Below, in pieces: positions 19,499-28,516 of a DNA stretch of 64,000 bases. Location of the stretch: assembly GCA_046314355.1 (NCBI GenBank), contig JBKBWQ010000001.1, forward strand, positions 832,001 to 896,000, read 5' to 3'. Below the pieces are notes generated by a model. That model had not been told where the DNA came from, did no database searches, and saw only the letters and a list, made by a program, of their open reading frames with translations. How positions within the stretch are numbered: position 1 is the first letter of the stretch; each line of letters begins with the position of its first letter. This DNA is from Candidatus Altimarinota bacterium. Its GTDB lineage: Bacteria > Patescibacteriota > Gracilibacteria > 1-14-2-50-48-13. Both the position numbers and the translations under genes were made by a program.

Positions 19499-19535
19499 AA
19501 AAAAACACCTTTGCATAAAGCAAAGGTGTTTTTTT
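19499..19535. terminator. Bidirectional intrinsic terminator
   Basis: aaaaaaacacctttgc-ataaa-gcaaaggtgtttttt between convergent genes. Confidence 0.85.
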
Positions 19536-19536
19536 A

Positions 19537-21066
19537 TTATCTTTTTAGCTTACGGAGCATCTCTTTATCTACGACACGAAGCGCTATCAGTAGTAATAGA
19601 TACGTAGTTCCTCCAATCATTAATGCTATAAGCATAGCTGGGTATTTTCCCATAGTGCTGAACAGAGGTCCTTCCAGGTATTTCAGCAAGACCGCCATAC
19701 TCACAGCTGCAAGAGCTATCTTTAGGAATTTTCCGGCACGGAGATGAAACTCTAAGCCCTTTCTTGCATAATAGTAAGTCATCACTAGTACAATAATTTC
19801 AGAAATTACAGTAATAATAGCCGCAGCCTTTACTCCCCAAATTGGTATACAGATAATGTTTGCCACCACATTAAGTACAAGCGTAGTGCAGTTTACAATT
19901 ATAAGTTTTTTCTGATTATCCTGAGCAATCAGCAGAAAGTTAAATAAGAGATTGAGAAAGGAGAAAACTATCGTAAAAATCAAAATCTGCAGATAAATGT
20001 CTGATCCTACAAATCCTGTCTGTAAGTTGGAAATGTAAGCATCAGAATTTGTTACCCGTATAACCTCACGGGACAGAGCCCATCCTCCGGCTACAATCGG
20101 TGCCGACATCAAAAAGAGAAAATCAAAGGAGTATTGAATCATGGCGGAGACATCCTTACTCTTTGTTTTGATACTCTCACTCAGAGCTGGTAGCAGTGCA
20201 TTGAGAAAGAATAAAGGAAGAATCGTAAAAATCTCTATTACTTTAATTGGTGCAGAATAAAGAGCCAGCTCCTCTGCTACGATTTCCTTTGGAAGAAAGA
20301 AATAGAGTAGAAGTGCATCTATCTTAAAATAGAGAGTCGCAAGTACAAGTGCAAACCCATAAGGCAAAGATTCCTTTATGATCCGTTTCCAAAACTCCCA
20401 GTTGAAAAGAAAACGTATCCTGACATATGCACTAGCCACATGTCTTGTATAAAAAAACATCACTATATTCCCTATGACTCCTGCCAAAAATAAAGCCTGA
20501 AAACCTAAAAATGTCGTATCTGCTGCATATCCCGGAGAGGGTTTTGCATATAATAGAAAGATGGAAATACAAAATATACTTACGATCACAATTTTGCCCA
20601 CCACTTGAGCAATAGTTGCATGGAGCATGTCATATTCTACTTGCAGCACACTCGTAAGAGCACCTGTAAGCAGAGCAAAAATAGTAGAAATACCAGCTAG
20701 TCCCAAGGCAATCAGGAACATCACTCCCCATCCTTTTTGAAAAGCAGGTACAAAAGAAATCACAAGAAGTGAAGCAACTACTACTAATATGCTCAGCACT
20801 AATCGTATACTTAAAATATTACCAATAGTCTCCTCCATTTTTTCCTTATTCTTCGCAAGCTCCCTGATTGCGATCGTATAGAGACCAAGGTCAGCAGCAA
20901 TACCAGCAAATCCAAGAAACATATATGCAAACTCATACATACCTCTCTCTGCCTTGGTAAGATAGCTTGCAAGAAGCACAGAAGTAATGAGGCTAAAAAA
21001 GCCGACGCCTACTTTTCCGACGACTTGTATAAATGTATTTGAAAGAATCTTGCGGGCTGTGGACAT
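19537..21066 (-). CDS. Wzx-like polysaccharide flippase (MOP superfamily)
   Basis: About 14 TM helices; RKILSNT, ADLGLYTIAIRE, LYFKID, NIICIPIWGVKAAA. Confidence 0.9.
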   Translation of the reverse strand: MSTARKILSNTFIQVVGKVGVGFFSLITSVLLASYLTKAERGMYEFAYMFLGFAGIAADLGLYTIAIRELAKNKEKMEETIGNILSIRLVLSILVVVASLLVISFVPAFQKGWGVMFLIALGLAGISTIFALLTGALTSVLQVEYDMLHATIAQVVGKIVIVSIFCISIFLLYAKPSPGYAADTTFLGFQALFLAGVIGNIVMFFYTRHVASAYVRIRFLFNWEFWKRIIKESLPYGFALVLATLYFKIDALLLYFFLPKEIVAEELALYSAPIKVIEIFTILPLFFLNALLPALSESIKTKSKDVSAMIQYSFDFLFLMSAPIVAGGWALSREVIRVTNSDAYISNLQTGFVGSDIYLQILIFTIVFSFLNLLFNFLLIAQDNQKKLIIVNCTTLVLNVVANIICIPIWGVKAAAIITVISEIIVLVMTYYYARKGLEFHLRAGKFLKIALAAVSMAVLLKYLEGPLFSTMGKYPAMLIALMIGGTTYLLLLIALRVVDKEMLRKLKR

Positions 21067-21163
21067 GAGAAATTTGGGAACAAGAAATACTCTGTCATTC
21101 TAGGAAAATTATCCGAAGACAGCAAGCATAGTTACAAATGAGAATGGATCCAACCAAACAAAA

Positions 21164-21490
21164 TTACGCGACTAACTGAATTCTAATACCATCCGGACCG
21201 TCAACCATGTCTCCTTTATAAATCTTATAACCCATATTCTCTAATCGTAGTTTTATACCTTCTATATCATCTACATTCAGTGCAATATGATTGATAGTCT
21301 GCGTAGTATTGTCACCTGAAAAAAGTGCAAATACCTGAGTCCCTGCACTCATGAAGTATTCATCTCCATAATCTCCCTTCTCTTCCAATCCCAATCCCTC
21401 AATAAAAAACTTTTTTCCTTCCGCCATGTGAGATACATATACAGCGATGTGATCTATTCCAGTTACTTTAGACATCTTATAACACGACAA
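21164..21490 (-). CDS. VOC/glyoxalase family protein
   Basis: GIDHIAVYV..FF...LGL, INHIALNVDD, GPDGIRIQL; true start probably MSKVT. Confidence 0.85.
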   Translation of the reverse strand: MSCYKMSKVTGIDHIAVYVSHMAEGKKFFIEGLGLEEKGDYGDEYFMSAGTQVFALFSGDNTTQTINHIALNVDDIEGIKLRLENMGYKIYKGDMVDGPDGIRIQLVA

Positions 21491-21520
21491 TAAATAGTTT
21501 TTCTTATTTTTCTACAAAAG

Positions 21521-21600
21521 AATTAATAATGAGAATTGAGAATAAAGCATCATGAGCCTACCCTTAATTACTAATTACTCCCTTACTCAATTACCTGAGC
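21521..21600. repeat. Short tandem (AGTAATT/AATTACT-type) repeat patch
   Basis: ttaattactaattactcccttactcaattacc directly after the lexA stop. Confidence 0.55.
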
Positions 21601-22215
21601 TTAAAACTTCCTTATCAAATACCTCACTACTCCCTGAATCTCCAGTTCATGTATTGCATGGATATCAGGATACTGAGCATTCTCAGCCTTTAAATACATA
21701 ACTCCTGAAGGTTCCTTCATAAGTCGCTTTAGAGTATTTTCCCCATCCACAAGCCCTACTACAATATCTCCCGGAAAGCCTTGAGTTCTTTCAACGATGA
21801 CAGTATCTCCTTCAAATATTCCCGCATCTATCATACTTTCTCCCCGCACAGTAAGTGCATAGATATCATTTTTAGTACCTAAAAATGATACATCAAACGG
21901 TATATACCCCTCTATATAATCCGAAAGATCCTGAGGATTTCCTGCAGGAATATTTCCAAAAAGCGGAACCTGCAGCATCGTGCTGTCTAGCTTTTGTCTT
22001 ACTTTATCAAAGAGAGCAATACCTCTTGCTGTATTATCTCTTTTTATAAATCCTTTCTTCTCAAGAGCACGTAAGTGTTTGATAACTCCATTTACACTTT
22101 TAATCTCAAAAGCCTCCTGGATCTCCGCAATCTTTGGAGAATAGCCGTTCTTTAATTGGTACGTTTCAATAAAATCAAGGATCGTTGCCTGCCTGGAAGT
22201 AAGTCCTGTAGACAT
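21601..22215 (-). CDS. lexA: SOS repressor LexA
   Basis: LTSRQ..IL.FI...GYSP..AEI wHTH; Ala-Gly cleavage site IPAG; VRGESM catalytic Ser; TLKR catalytic Lys; start placed at MSTGL. Confidence 0.96.
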   Translation of the reverse strand: MSTGLTSRQATILDFIETYQLKNGYSPKIAEIQEAFEIKSVNGVIKHLRALEKKGFIKRDNTARGIALFDKVRQKLDSTMLQVPLFGNIPAGNPQDLSDYIEGYIPFDVSFLGTKNDIYALTVRGESMIDAGIFEGDTVIVERTQGFPGDIVVGLVDGENTLKRLMKEPSGVMYLKAENAQYPDIHAIHELEIQGVVRYLIRKF

Positions 22216-22247
22216 AAGAATTGTTGGAAACAATATAGGTTACTTAA

Positions 22248-22276
22248 ATAGTAGTGATAATATGTTCACTAGTCAA
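22248..22276 (-). promoter_or_regulatory. lexA sigma70 promoter with a palindromic operator candidate in the spacer
   Basis: TTGACT (22276-22271), 17-nt spacer, TACTAT (22253-22248); palindrome TAGTGAtaatatgtTCACTA at 22252-22271. Confidence 0.75.
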
Positions 22277-22288
22277 GGGAAGAAGGAA

Positions 22289-22424
22289 AAAGTAATTAAG
22301 TAATTGAGGAAGAAAGTAATTAAGTAATTGGGCTCAATAACTGGGCTCGGTAATTGGCTGCAATTATTGAGCTCAATTATTCGAGCCTAATAATGTGCGC
22401 CTAATGATAGAAGCCCAATTACTC
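22289..22424. repeat. Foldback minisatellite of ~13-bp units (TAATTGGGCTCAA-like)
   Basis: taattgggctcaa/taactgggctcgg/taattggctgcaa followed by reverse-complement units ttgagctcaatta...agcccaattac. Confidence 0.75.
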
Positions 22425-22538
22425 TTCCCCCTCCCTCTGCTCAAAAAAATTTAAAAATTTTACTAAACTCCATGGACCCTATATACTATTTTAAATTACA
22501 AAAGAGTCTCCATATCTGCCTTTTACCCTACCTTATCC

Positions 22539-22787
22539 ATGTTTCTGATCCAGGTGTGTATCATAGTTATCCAGATATTTCTTTTTGTACTCTTCATGAG
22601 AGTGATGCTTTCATGGCTTCCTATACCGTCCATTGAAAAGGTTGTACGTATTTTAGGTGATATCGTTGATCCTGTACTGCAGCCTTTTCAAAAGATTATC
22701 CCGCCTATTGGTGGAATCGATCTGACGCCGATGATCATTTTTTTCCTGCTTTCTCTTCTTGAGCAATATCTCTTTTCACTCCTGTAG
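22539..22787 (+). CDS. yggT: YggT family membrane protein
   Basis: RVMLSWLP...IVDPVLQPFQKIIPPIGGIDLTPMI. Confidence 0.92.
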   Translation: MFLIQVCIIVIQIFLFVLFMRVMLSWLPIPSIEKVVRILGDIVDPVLQPFQKIIPPIGGIDLTPMIIFFLLSLLEQYLFSLL

Positions 22788-22790
22788 AAT

Positions 22791-24878
22791 ATGCACAAAG
22801 ACCACATTGCTTTCCTCTCCCCGGAAGATAGTATTGAACATCTCGCAAGCGATAGTACCTTTGGTCTAGCAGAACGTGAAGCACTCCTTCGCAAAAAAGA
22901 ATACGGCACCAACGAACTGCCTAAGATTACTCTGCAGGAGCTTTTAAGTGAATTCACTTCTCCGTTTTTTCCTTTTTTGATATTCCTCGCTGGTATTACT
23001 TTTTATTTTACACGAAGCATATTCACTTTCTGCTTTCTCCTGCTTTTTGCATTTATACATCAGGGTGCTCTTCTTATTCTTTATAGAAAAATAATTACGA
23101 GATATTTTGAAAAATATCAGTTTTTTGAAAATACTTTTCCAGAATATGTACATACGGTACGAGGTAATCATATAAAAGATATCCCGACAGCATATAGCGT
23201 TCCGGGAGACATTATTTATGTAGAGGCTGGAGATTCAATTGGCGCTGATATTAGAATCCTCTCAACTTCTCACCTTACAGTAGATGAGAGTATTTTGTTT
23301 GGTCCTATGCATGCATGCAGCAAAAAAACTGCAAAAGAACTCAAAGACCGTTTTAGAAATCCTCTCTCTGAAAATATTCTTCTTGCCGGCTCTTATATTC
23401 TTGAGGGAAGCGCAAAAGGTATAGTCTGGCATACAGGAAAAGATAGATACCTTCAGCAGCTTTACTTTCCTAAAAAGCAGGATATCTGGAAGAATAGACT
23501 TTACTCCTCTGTTGCACTGGTCTATTGGACTCTCTTGATGCTCCTGACAGGACTTACACTAGGCAAACTCCTTGAGCCGTATCTTTGGACATATATTGGC
23601 ATAACTTTAGGACTACTTGTGCCAGTGGCATACCCGCTTGCACTATTACCTGCTCAGGATTCTCTTAAAAAGTCTATTCCAAATGGTATGCTTGCTCAGG
23701 TTGAAACATATATTGAACCTGCTATCTCTGATACAAAGGTCTTCCTACAGGGACAGGAGATTGATCTCAGCAGCCACAGTGATGTAAAGAAACATAAGAG
23801 CCTTGTTGAGAACTTCTTCGAACTCTTCTTTCTAGCTGTCCCTGAAGAGGTGAAGAAAGAACAGCTCACAGAACTTAGATCTCTTGAAAGCTTTGTACAG
23901 AGGACTTGTAAGATGAGCCTTGATTCCCTTCCAAATCTTGAGAAGAACTCTACTCTTTCAAGATTCTCTTTTGATATTCATAAAAATGAGTGCTTTGGAA
24001 AAACAGTATACATTAATACACGACCTGAAGATGGTCTCGGAGAAAAGGATTTTCTCTTTGATACAGATCCTATTATTACATTAATATTCTCTGATCCCGC
24101 TGCTCTTTTAAAGGATGCTACATATATTTCTGATGAGAATATGCAGCTTATGAAAAGAAGGTTTTTTAAAGGAGAAAAAGAAAAGCTTGAAAAACACATC
24201 AAGGACCTTGAGCAAAAAGGATATCTACTCTATGCAGTGGGCGTAGAGGAAACATTGATGAAGACGAAACAAAGACATGAGACCACAGCAACTTTCGTAG
24301 GCTACGTGATGATCCCGTGGAGGTTTAAGCCTCATGGAGAAATGGCACTCAATAATCTCCAAAATCATAATAGCCATCTTTGGCTGTTTAGTTTCAGATC
24401 CTTTTCACCATCTTTTCTAGCAGAGACATTCTCTGTGCCTATGAAAGATATTATGGAAAGTGAAGATCTCATGCATAAAAGCGAACAGTTCAAAAAGCAG
24501 CTTTCTCAAATGCCTTTTAGGGTATTCCATAAGATGGAGCTCGAAGATATCATTACTCTTTCAAAGATCCTGAAAAAACACCGTGAAGCTCCTGTCATCA
24601 CACCTCTCTGGGAAAAGGAACTAGGGGAGTTTCTCCTCCCTGATACAGCTTTTACCTCTGCACCAAAGCTCTCGCGCGCACGGGATCATATACTTGCCTC
24701 TGAACAAAAAAAGAAGCAGGTACAGCAGCTCTCTCTTTGGTACTCATGGATATTGGCTCTTTCAGGAGCAGAACTACTTCCCTATATACTTCAGACTGAG
24801 TATCTCTATCTTCTTTTCATCCTGCCCTTTATTCCCGTCTTATTGATTATACTCTTTTGGACAAAGCGGTCAGCTTGA
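22791..24878 (+). CDS. Degenerate P-type ATPase-derived membrane protein
   Basis: Cation_ATPase_N (GLAEREALLRKKEYGTNEL) and actuator domain (VPGDIIYVEAGDSIGADIR, VDESILFG) present; TGES, DKTGT and GDGxND absent. Confidence 0.8.
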   Translation: MHKDHIAFLSPEDSIEHLASDSTFGLAEREALLRKKEYGTNELPKITLQELLSEFTSPFFPFLIFLAGITFYFTRSIFTFCFLLLFAFIHQGALLILYRKIITRYFEKYQFFENTFPEYVHTVRGNHIKDIPTAYSVPGDIIYVEAGDSIGADIRILSTSHLTVDESILFGPMHACSKKTAKELKDRFRNPLSENILLAGSYILEGSAKGIVWHTGKDRYLQQLYFPKKQDIWKNRLYSSVALVYWTLLMLLTGLTLGKLLEPYLWTYIGITLGLLVPVAYPLALLPAQDSLKKSIPNGMLAQVETYIEPAISDTKVFLQGQEIDLSSHSDVKKHKSLVENFFELFFLAVPEEVKKEQLTELRSLESFVQRTCKMSLDSLPNLEKNSTLSRFSFDIHKNECFGKTVYINTRPEDGLGEKDFLFDTDPIITLIFSDPAALLKDATYISDENMQLMKRRFFKGEKEKLEKHIKDLEQKGYLLYAVGVEETLMKTKQRHETTATFVGYVMIPWRFKPHGEMALNNLQNHNSHLWLFSFRSFSPSFLAETFSVPMKDIMESEDLMHKSEQFKKQLSQMPFRVFHKMELEDIITLSKILKKHREAPVITPLWEKELGEFLLPDTAFTSAPKLSRARDHILASEQKKKQVQQLSLWYSWILALSGAELLPYILQTEYLYLLFILPFIPVLLIILFWTKRSA

Positions 24879-24879
24879 G

Positions 24880-25941
24880 TTAAGCATCATTTCCTACAGT
24901 ATATACAAGCAGCGGTGACACACCCATAATTTTCTCTGGCGTATCCAGAATCTTCTCAGGCTTTCTCTCTGCCACATAGTATGCAGCAGCACCTATCATC
25001 GCAGCATTATCTGTGGAATAGAGCTTTTTCATAGGAAAGAATATCTGCTCTTCCTGAAAGCCATGCTTGTGAGCATGCGTAAGCATATACTCCTTTAAAG
25101 CATTATTTGCTGATACTCCTCCTGAAACACAGACAGACTGTGCATTCATGTATTTTGCTGCATCAAAAAGCTTTTCTGCGAGCACTTCCACTACACTTTC
25201 CTGGAATGCTGCAGCAATATCTATCCGTTCTTCCACAGTAAAGGTACCTTCATCCTTGAGAAGCTGGACATGACGCTTTACATCACTCTTGAGTCCGCTA
25301 AAACTAAAATGGTGATTTCCCTTCTGTTTTAGTGCGCGAGGCAGGTGACGCCGAATAGAGAGCCCCTCTGATTCTTTCAAAAACTTTTCTATAGCTGGTC
25401 CTCCAGGATATCCCAGTTCTAATATGCGCGCTACCTTATCAAAAGCTTCACCAGCAGCATCATCTAGAGAATGACCTATAAGCTCATATGAAAAGAAATC
25501 TTTCATATAATAGAGATCATTATGACCTCCTGAGACAGTAAGCACCACCAATGGAAACTTAATCTCATCCTTATCTCTTTCAAGCCAGTTTGCGTAAATA
25601 TGCCCTTCAATATGATGGACAGGTATAAGGGGCTTTCCTAAGAAGAGAGCAAGGGTCTGAGCTGTAGAAATCCCCACTATGAGTGAGCCTAAAAGTCCAG
25701 GTCCCTGTGTCATGGCAATAGCATCTATATTTTGAAATCCTCCAATAGCCTCTCCCATAGCACGGAGAGATGGAATCGCTTGTCTTACATGTTCCCGCGC
25801 GGCAACCTCAGGTACTACTCCTCCTGTGACAGCATGGAGATCAGCCTGAGAAAATACATGACAGGATTCTACATCAGTACCATCTTTTACTACTGCCCAT
25901 GACATATCGTCGCAGGAGGACTCTACAGCAAGTATTCTCAT
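24880..25941 (-). CDS. tsaD: tRNA N6-threonylcarbamoyladenosine transferase
   Basis: ILAVESSCDD, GGVVPEVAAREH, HHIEGH, VSGGH, DDAAGEAFDK, GGVSAN, TDNAAMI. Confidence 0.97.
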   Translation of the reverse strand: MRILAVESSCDDMSWAVVKDGTDVESCHVFSQADLHAVTGGVVPEVAAREHVRQAIPSLRAMGEAIGGFQNIDAIAMTQGPGLLGSLIVGISTAQTLALFLGKPLIPVHHIEGHIYANWLERDKDEIKFPLVVLTVSGGHNDLYYMKDFFSYELIGHSLDDAAGEAFDKVARILELGYPGGPAIEKFLKESEGLSIRRHLPRALKQKGNHHFSFSGLKSDVKRHVQLLKDEGTFTVEERIDIAAAFQESVVEVLAEKLFDAAKYMNAQSVCVSGGVSANNALKEYMLTHAHKHGFQEEQIFFPMKKLYSTDNAAMIGAAAYYVAERKPEKILDTPEKIMGVSPLLVYTVGNDA

Positions 25942-25996
25942 AAGTGTATATTTACAATGTATTCAGGTTATACCCTTTTTAAGATATGACAGCAAC

Positions 25997-26039
25997 AAAA
26001 AAAATACCCCCCGCGTCGAACGCGGTTAGGGTATTTTTT
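25997..26039 (-). terminator. Intrinsic terminator after the LysM-M23 gene
   Basis: aaaaaaaataccc..ccgcg-tcgaa-cgcgg..gggtatttttt. Confidence 0.8.
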
Positions 26040-26049
26040 ATTTATTTTC

Positions 26050-27183
26050 TTATAGGTATGAAAGTGGATTCATACGTACATTGTTCTTGATAACCTCGAA
26101 GTGAAGATGAAGTCCTGTTCTACCATATGATCGTCCAGTGTTACCCATCCAACCAATAGTTTCTCCAGCACTTACCTGCTGACCTGGAGTTACGTAGAGT
26201 TCTTTCATATGCGCATAGAGCGTTCGGAGACCGTCACCGTGATCAATAATGATCATATTTCCGTATCCTCCGTTATAACCTCCTTGTGCTTTAATTACTT
26301 TACCTCCCTTAGCGGCCACGATACCTGTAGTATGATTTCCCTTTGTATAACAGATGTCGATGGCAGGATGTCCTGAATGAAATTTCTGTGTAATCACAGG
26401 GCTTGCAGTAGGCCATCTAAGAGATAGTCCCTGCTCTGTTGGCTCACTAGTTTTAGGTGTTGTCTTCTTTGCAGCAGCCGTAGTAGTCTTCTTCGCTGTT
26501 ACAGCTACAGTTGCTGTAGTTTTCTTCGGAGTCGTCTGAGCTACATTTGCAGCAACTGTTGGAGCTGGAGTAGTATCTGCAACAATAGTCGGTTTTACAT
26601 CACTAAGCTTAAGTCCTGGAAGGATAAGCTGTGATCCCTTAAGTACAGCTGCATCATCAGAAAGTTCATTCTGATTGGCAATAATAACTGGATCTAGACT
26701 ATATTTCTTTGCTATTTCAGCAACATTCGTATCATTATCTATAGTATAGAGTACTCCATCTACAGGAAGCACCTTCAGTGTCTGACCTTCCTTAATCATA
26801 GATGTAGCTTTCAATCCGTTTGCTCCTATAAGAGTCTCCGTAGAGATACCATAACGTGCAGCAATTCCTCCTAGAGTATCGCCACCCTTTACCGTATATT
26901 CCACAAGATTATTGGATGTAATTCGTCCGGCATCATCTGTTCCTAAGATAGGATTAGAAAGAATACCGTCTTCACCAACATATACAGAGTCAAAGTTCTT
27001 AGCAAGTTCATCAATGTCATCTGCCTGCATGGAAATATACATTCCATCTCCATCAAATACAGGAGTAGCAGCAGTACCTACCGCAGCGAAGCTTGGTAAA
27101 ATACTTGCAGAGCCAAAAAATACAACCATTACAAGGGACAGTATTCTCTTTCGGAGATTTCCATGGGAGAACACGACATGCAT
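26050..27183 (-). CDS. LysM-LysM-M23 peptidoglycan endopeptidase (start may be ATA at 27318)
   Basis: TM/signal helix; two LysM (YTVKGGDTLGGIAARYGIS, YTIDNDTNVAEIAKKYSL); Thr/Ala/Lys linker; M23 HPAID, YAH, TGLHLHFE. Confidence 0.93.
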   Translation of the reverse strand: MHVVFSHGNLRKRILSLVMVVFFGSASILPSFAAVGTAATPVFDGDGMYISMQADDIDELAKNFDSVYVGEDGILSNPILGTDDAGRITSNNLVEYTVKGGDTLGGIAARYGISTETLIGANGLKATSMIKEGQTLKVLPVDGVLYTIDNDTNVAEIAKKYSLDPVIIANQNELSDDAAVLKGSQLILPGLKLSDVKPTIVADTTPAPTVAANVAQTTPKKTTATVAVTAKKTTTAAAKKTTPKTSEPTEQGLSLRWPTASPVITQKFHSGHPAIDICYTKGNHTTGIVAAKGGKVIKAQGGYNGGYGNMIIIDHGDGLRTLYAHMKELYVTPGQQVSAGETIGWMGNTGRSYGRTGLHLHFEVIKNNVRMNPLSYL

Positions 27184-27342
27184 AGATGAGTATGCATATT
27201 CAAAAAATGAAAAAAGTGAGGTGTGGGAACGGGATTTAAGTTCTGTTAAATGTTCTTCTCTTAAGCTTAGTTTCTGATGTCTTCGTTTTTGTGCTAGTTT
27301 GTTCGATCTGGTTCCTATGGTCGACTCCTTTATTAGATATAA

Positions 27343-27462
27343 CTATCATACGGTATACGTCTGTGAAGCTCGTAACTTCCACCTGTATGAGAGTTATTTT
27401 ACTCATACAAATGCAGATTTAGGGGGAATCCCCTGCGTATAGTGATAGCGGCAGACAGCGCC
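27343..27462 (-). ncRNA. Candidate cis-regulatory structured leader RNA (four-way junction)
   Basis: P1 CUAUCA/UGAUAG plus UAUACG/CGUAUA encloses hairpins GCAG..CUGC, UGUAUGAG..CUCAUACA and GUGGAAGUU..AGCUUCAC; SD AAGGAG 12 nt downstream of P1. Confidence 0.6.
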
Positions 27463-27504
27463 AAATGAATAAATTGTGTTCAAAAAATGAACAGTTCGAA
27501 AGGG

Positions 27505-27533
27505 ATTATAATGAAAATGATCAGACTACACAA
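27505..27533 (-). promoter_or_regulatory. Sigma70-type promoter for the LysM-M23 leader
   Basis: TTGTGT, 17-nt spacer, TATAAT on the minus strand. Confidence 0.55.
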
Positions 27534-27561
27534 TAGACAATATTAAAAAATTATTGTCTAA

Positions 27562-28125
27562 TTATTCATTATCGCGCGAAAGGTACTCTCCTGTTCGCGT
27601 GTCAACTTTCACTTTCTCTCCTTCCTTAATGAAAAGCGGAACCTGTACAACTAGACCTGTACTAAGCGTAGCAGGTTTTGATCCTCCTGTTGCATTGTCT
27701 CCTTTCACTCCTGGAACTGTTTCCATTACTTCAAAAGACATGCTTGGAGAAAGAAGAATTGCAATAGGCCGTTCTCCAAAAAACTGCACATCCACATCAG
27801 ATCCTTCAATAAGATAGTCCTTTGCATCTCCAATCTCATCTTCACCCATCTGAAACTGCTCATACGTATTGCCGTTCATGAATTCAAACGCATCTCCAGT
27901 CTTATAGAGAAACTGTGCCTTTGAATATCCTACATCTGCAGGCTTTACCTTATCTCCAGACTTATATGTCTTTTCAATAATTGATCCTGTTACAAGATTT
28001 TTAAGCTTTGTGTTCATCATACCTGCCTGTCGCGCTACCTTGATATGCTGATACTCAACTACCTGATATGGTACACCATCAATATCTACACATACGCCTT
28101 TTTTCAGATCGCTAATTTGATACAT
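27562..28125 (-). CDS. efp: Elongation factor P
   Basis: DLKKG..IDGVPY.VVEYQH, AQFLY, PGVKGD.ATGGSKPATLSTGLVVQVPLFI.EGE..KVDTRTGEY.SR; start at MYQIS. Confidence 0.97.
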   Translation of the reverse strand: MYQISDLKKGVCVDIDGVPYQVVEYQHIKVARQAGMMNTKLKNLVTGSIIEKTYKSGDKVKPADVGYSKAQFLYKTGDAFEFMNGNTYEQFQMGEDEIGDAKDYLIEGSDVDVQFFGERPIAILLSPSMSFEVMETVPGVKGDNATGGSKPATLSTGLVVQVPLFIKEGEKVKVDTRTGEYLSRDNE

Positions 28126-28516
28126 AAACCTTTCATGAATTATAAAACATTGAAATTGTAGCCAATAGAAAGTACTTGGCAAGGGAAAGGAGGAAGTAGT
28201 TGAGTAAAAGAGTAAGAGAGTAATTAAGTAAGAGGGGGAGACTCAGGGTGACTGGTGAGAGTGTGGGTAACTTGTTACTAGTTTGGCTCTAAGGATAGGA
28301 ATGAGGATGAGGGGTAAGAATTAGGGTAGATTCAAGTCATAGCACTGCCGAAACTTATGTATCTGGATGCTGCAGTTGTAATCTTGCGAAGAAAATAAAG
28401 GATTACCATCAACATGAAGTAAGTTCCTTTGATTACGACTGTGCACTGGAGCCCGTTGGGCAATCCTTTATGGCTAAAGAAATATCCTTTGAACGGGATG
28501 ACGCTCACGCGAGCGA

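Noticed and set aside
22289-22424. CRISPR array (also 60484-60620)
   Set aside because: Units are ~13 bp, degenerate and contiguous, with no unique spacers and no cas genes.
27343-27462. c-di-AMP (ydaO) riboswitch or tRNA
   Set aside because: The GGGGGAAT-like string is on the non-coding strand and other ydaO landmarks are missing; there is no T-loop GTTCRA or tRNA-like arm spacing.
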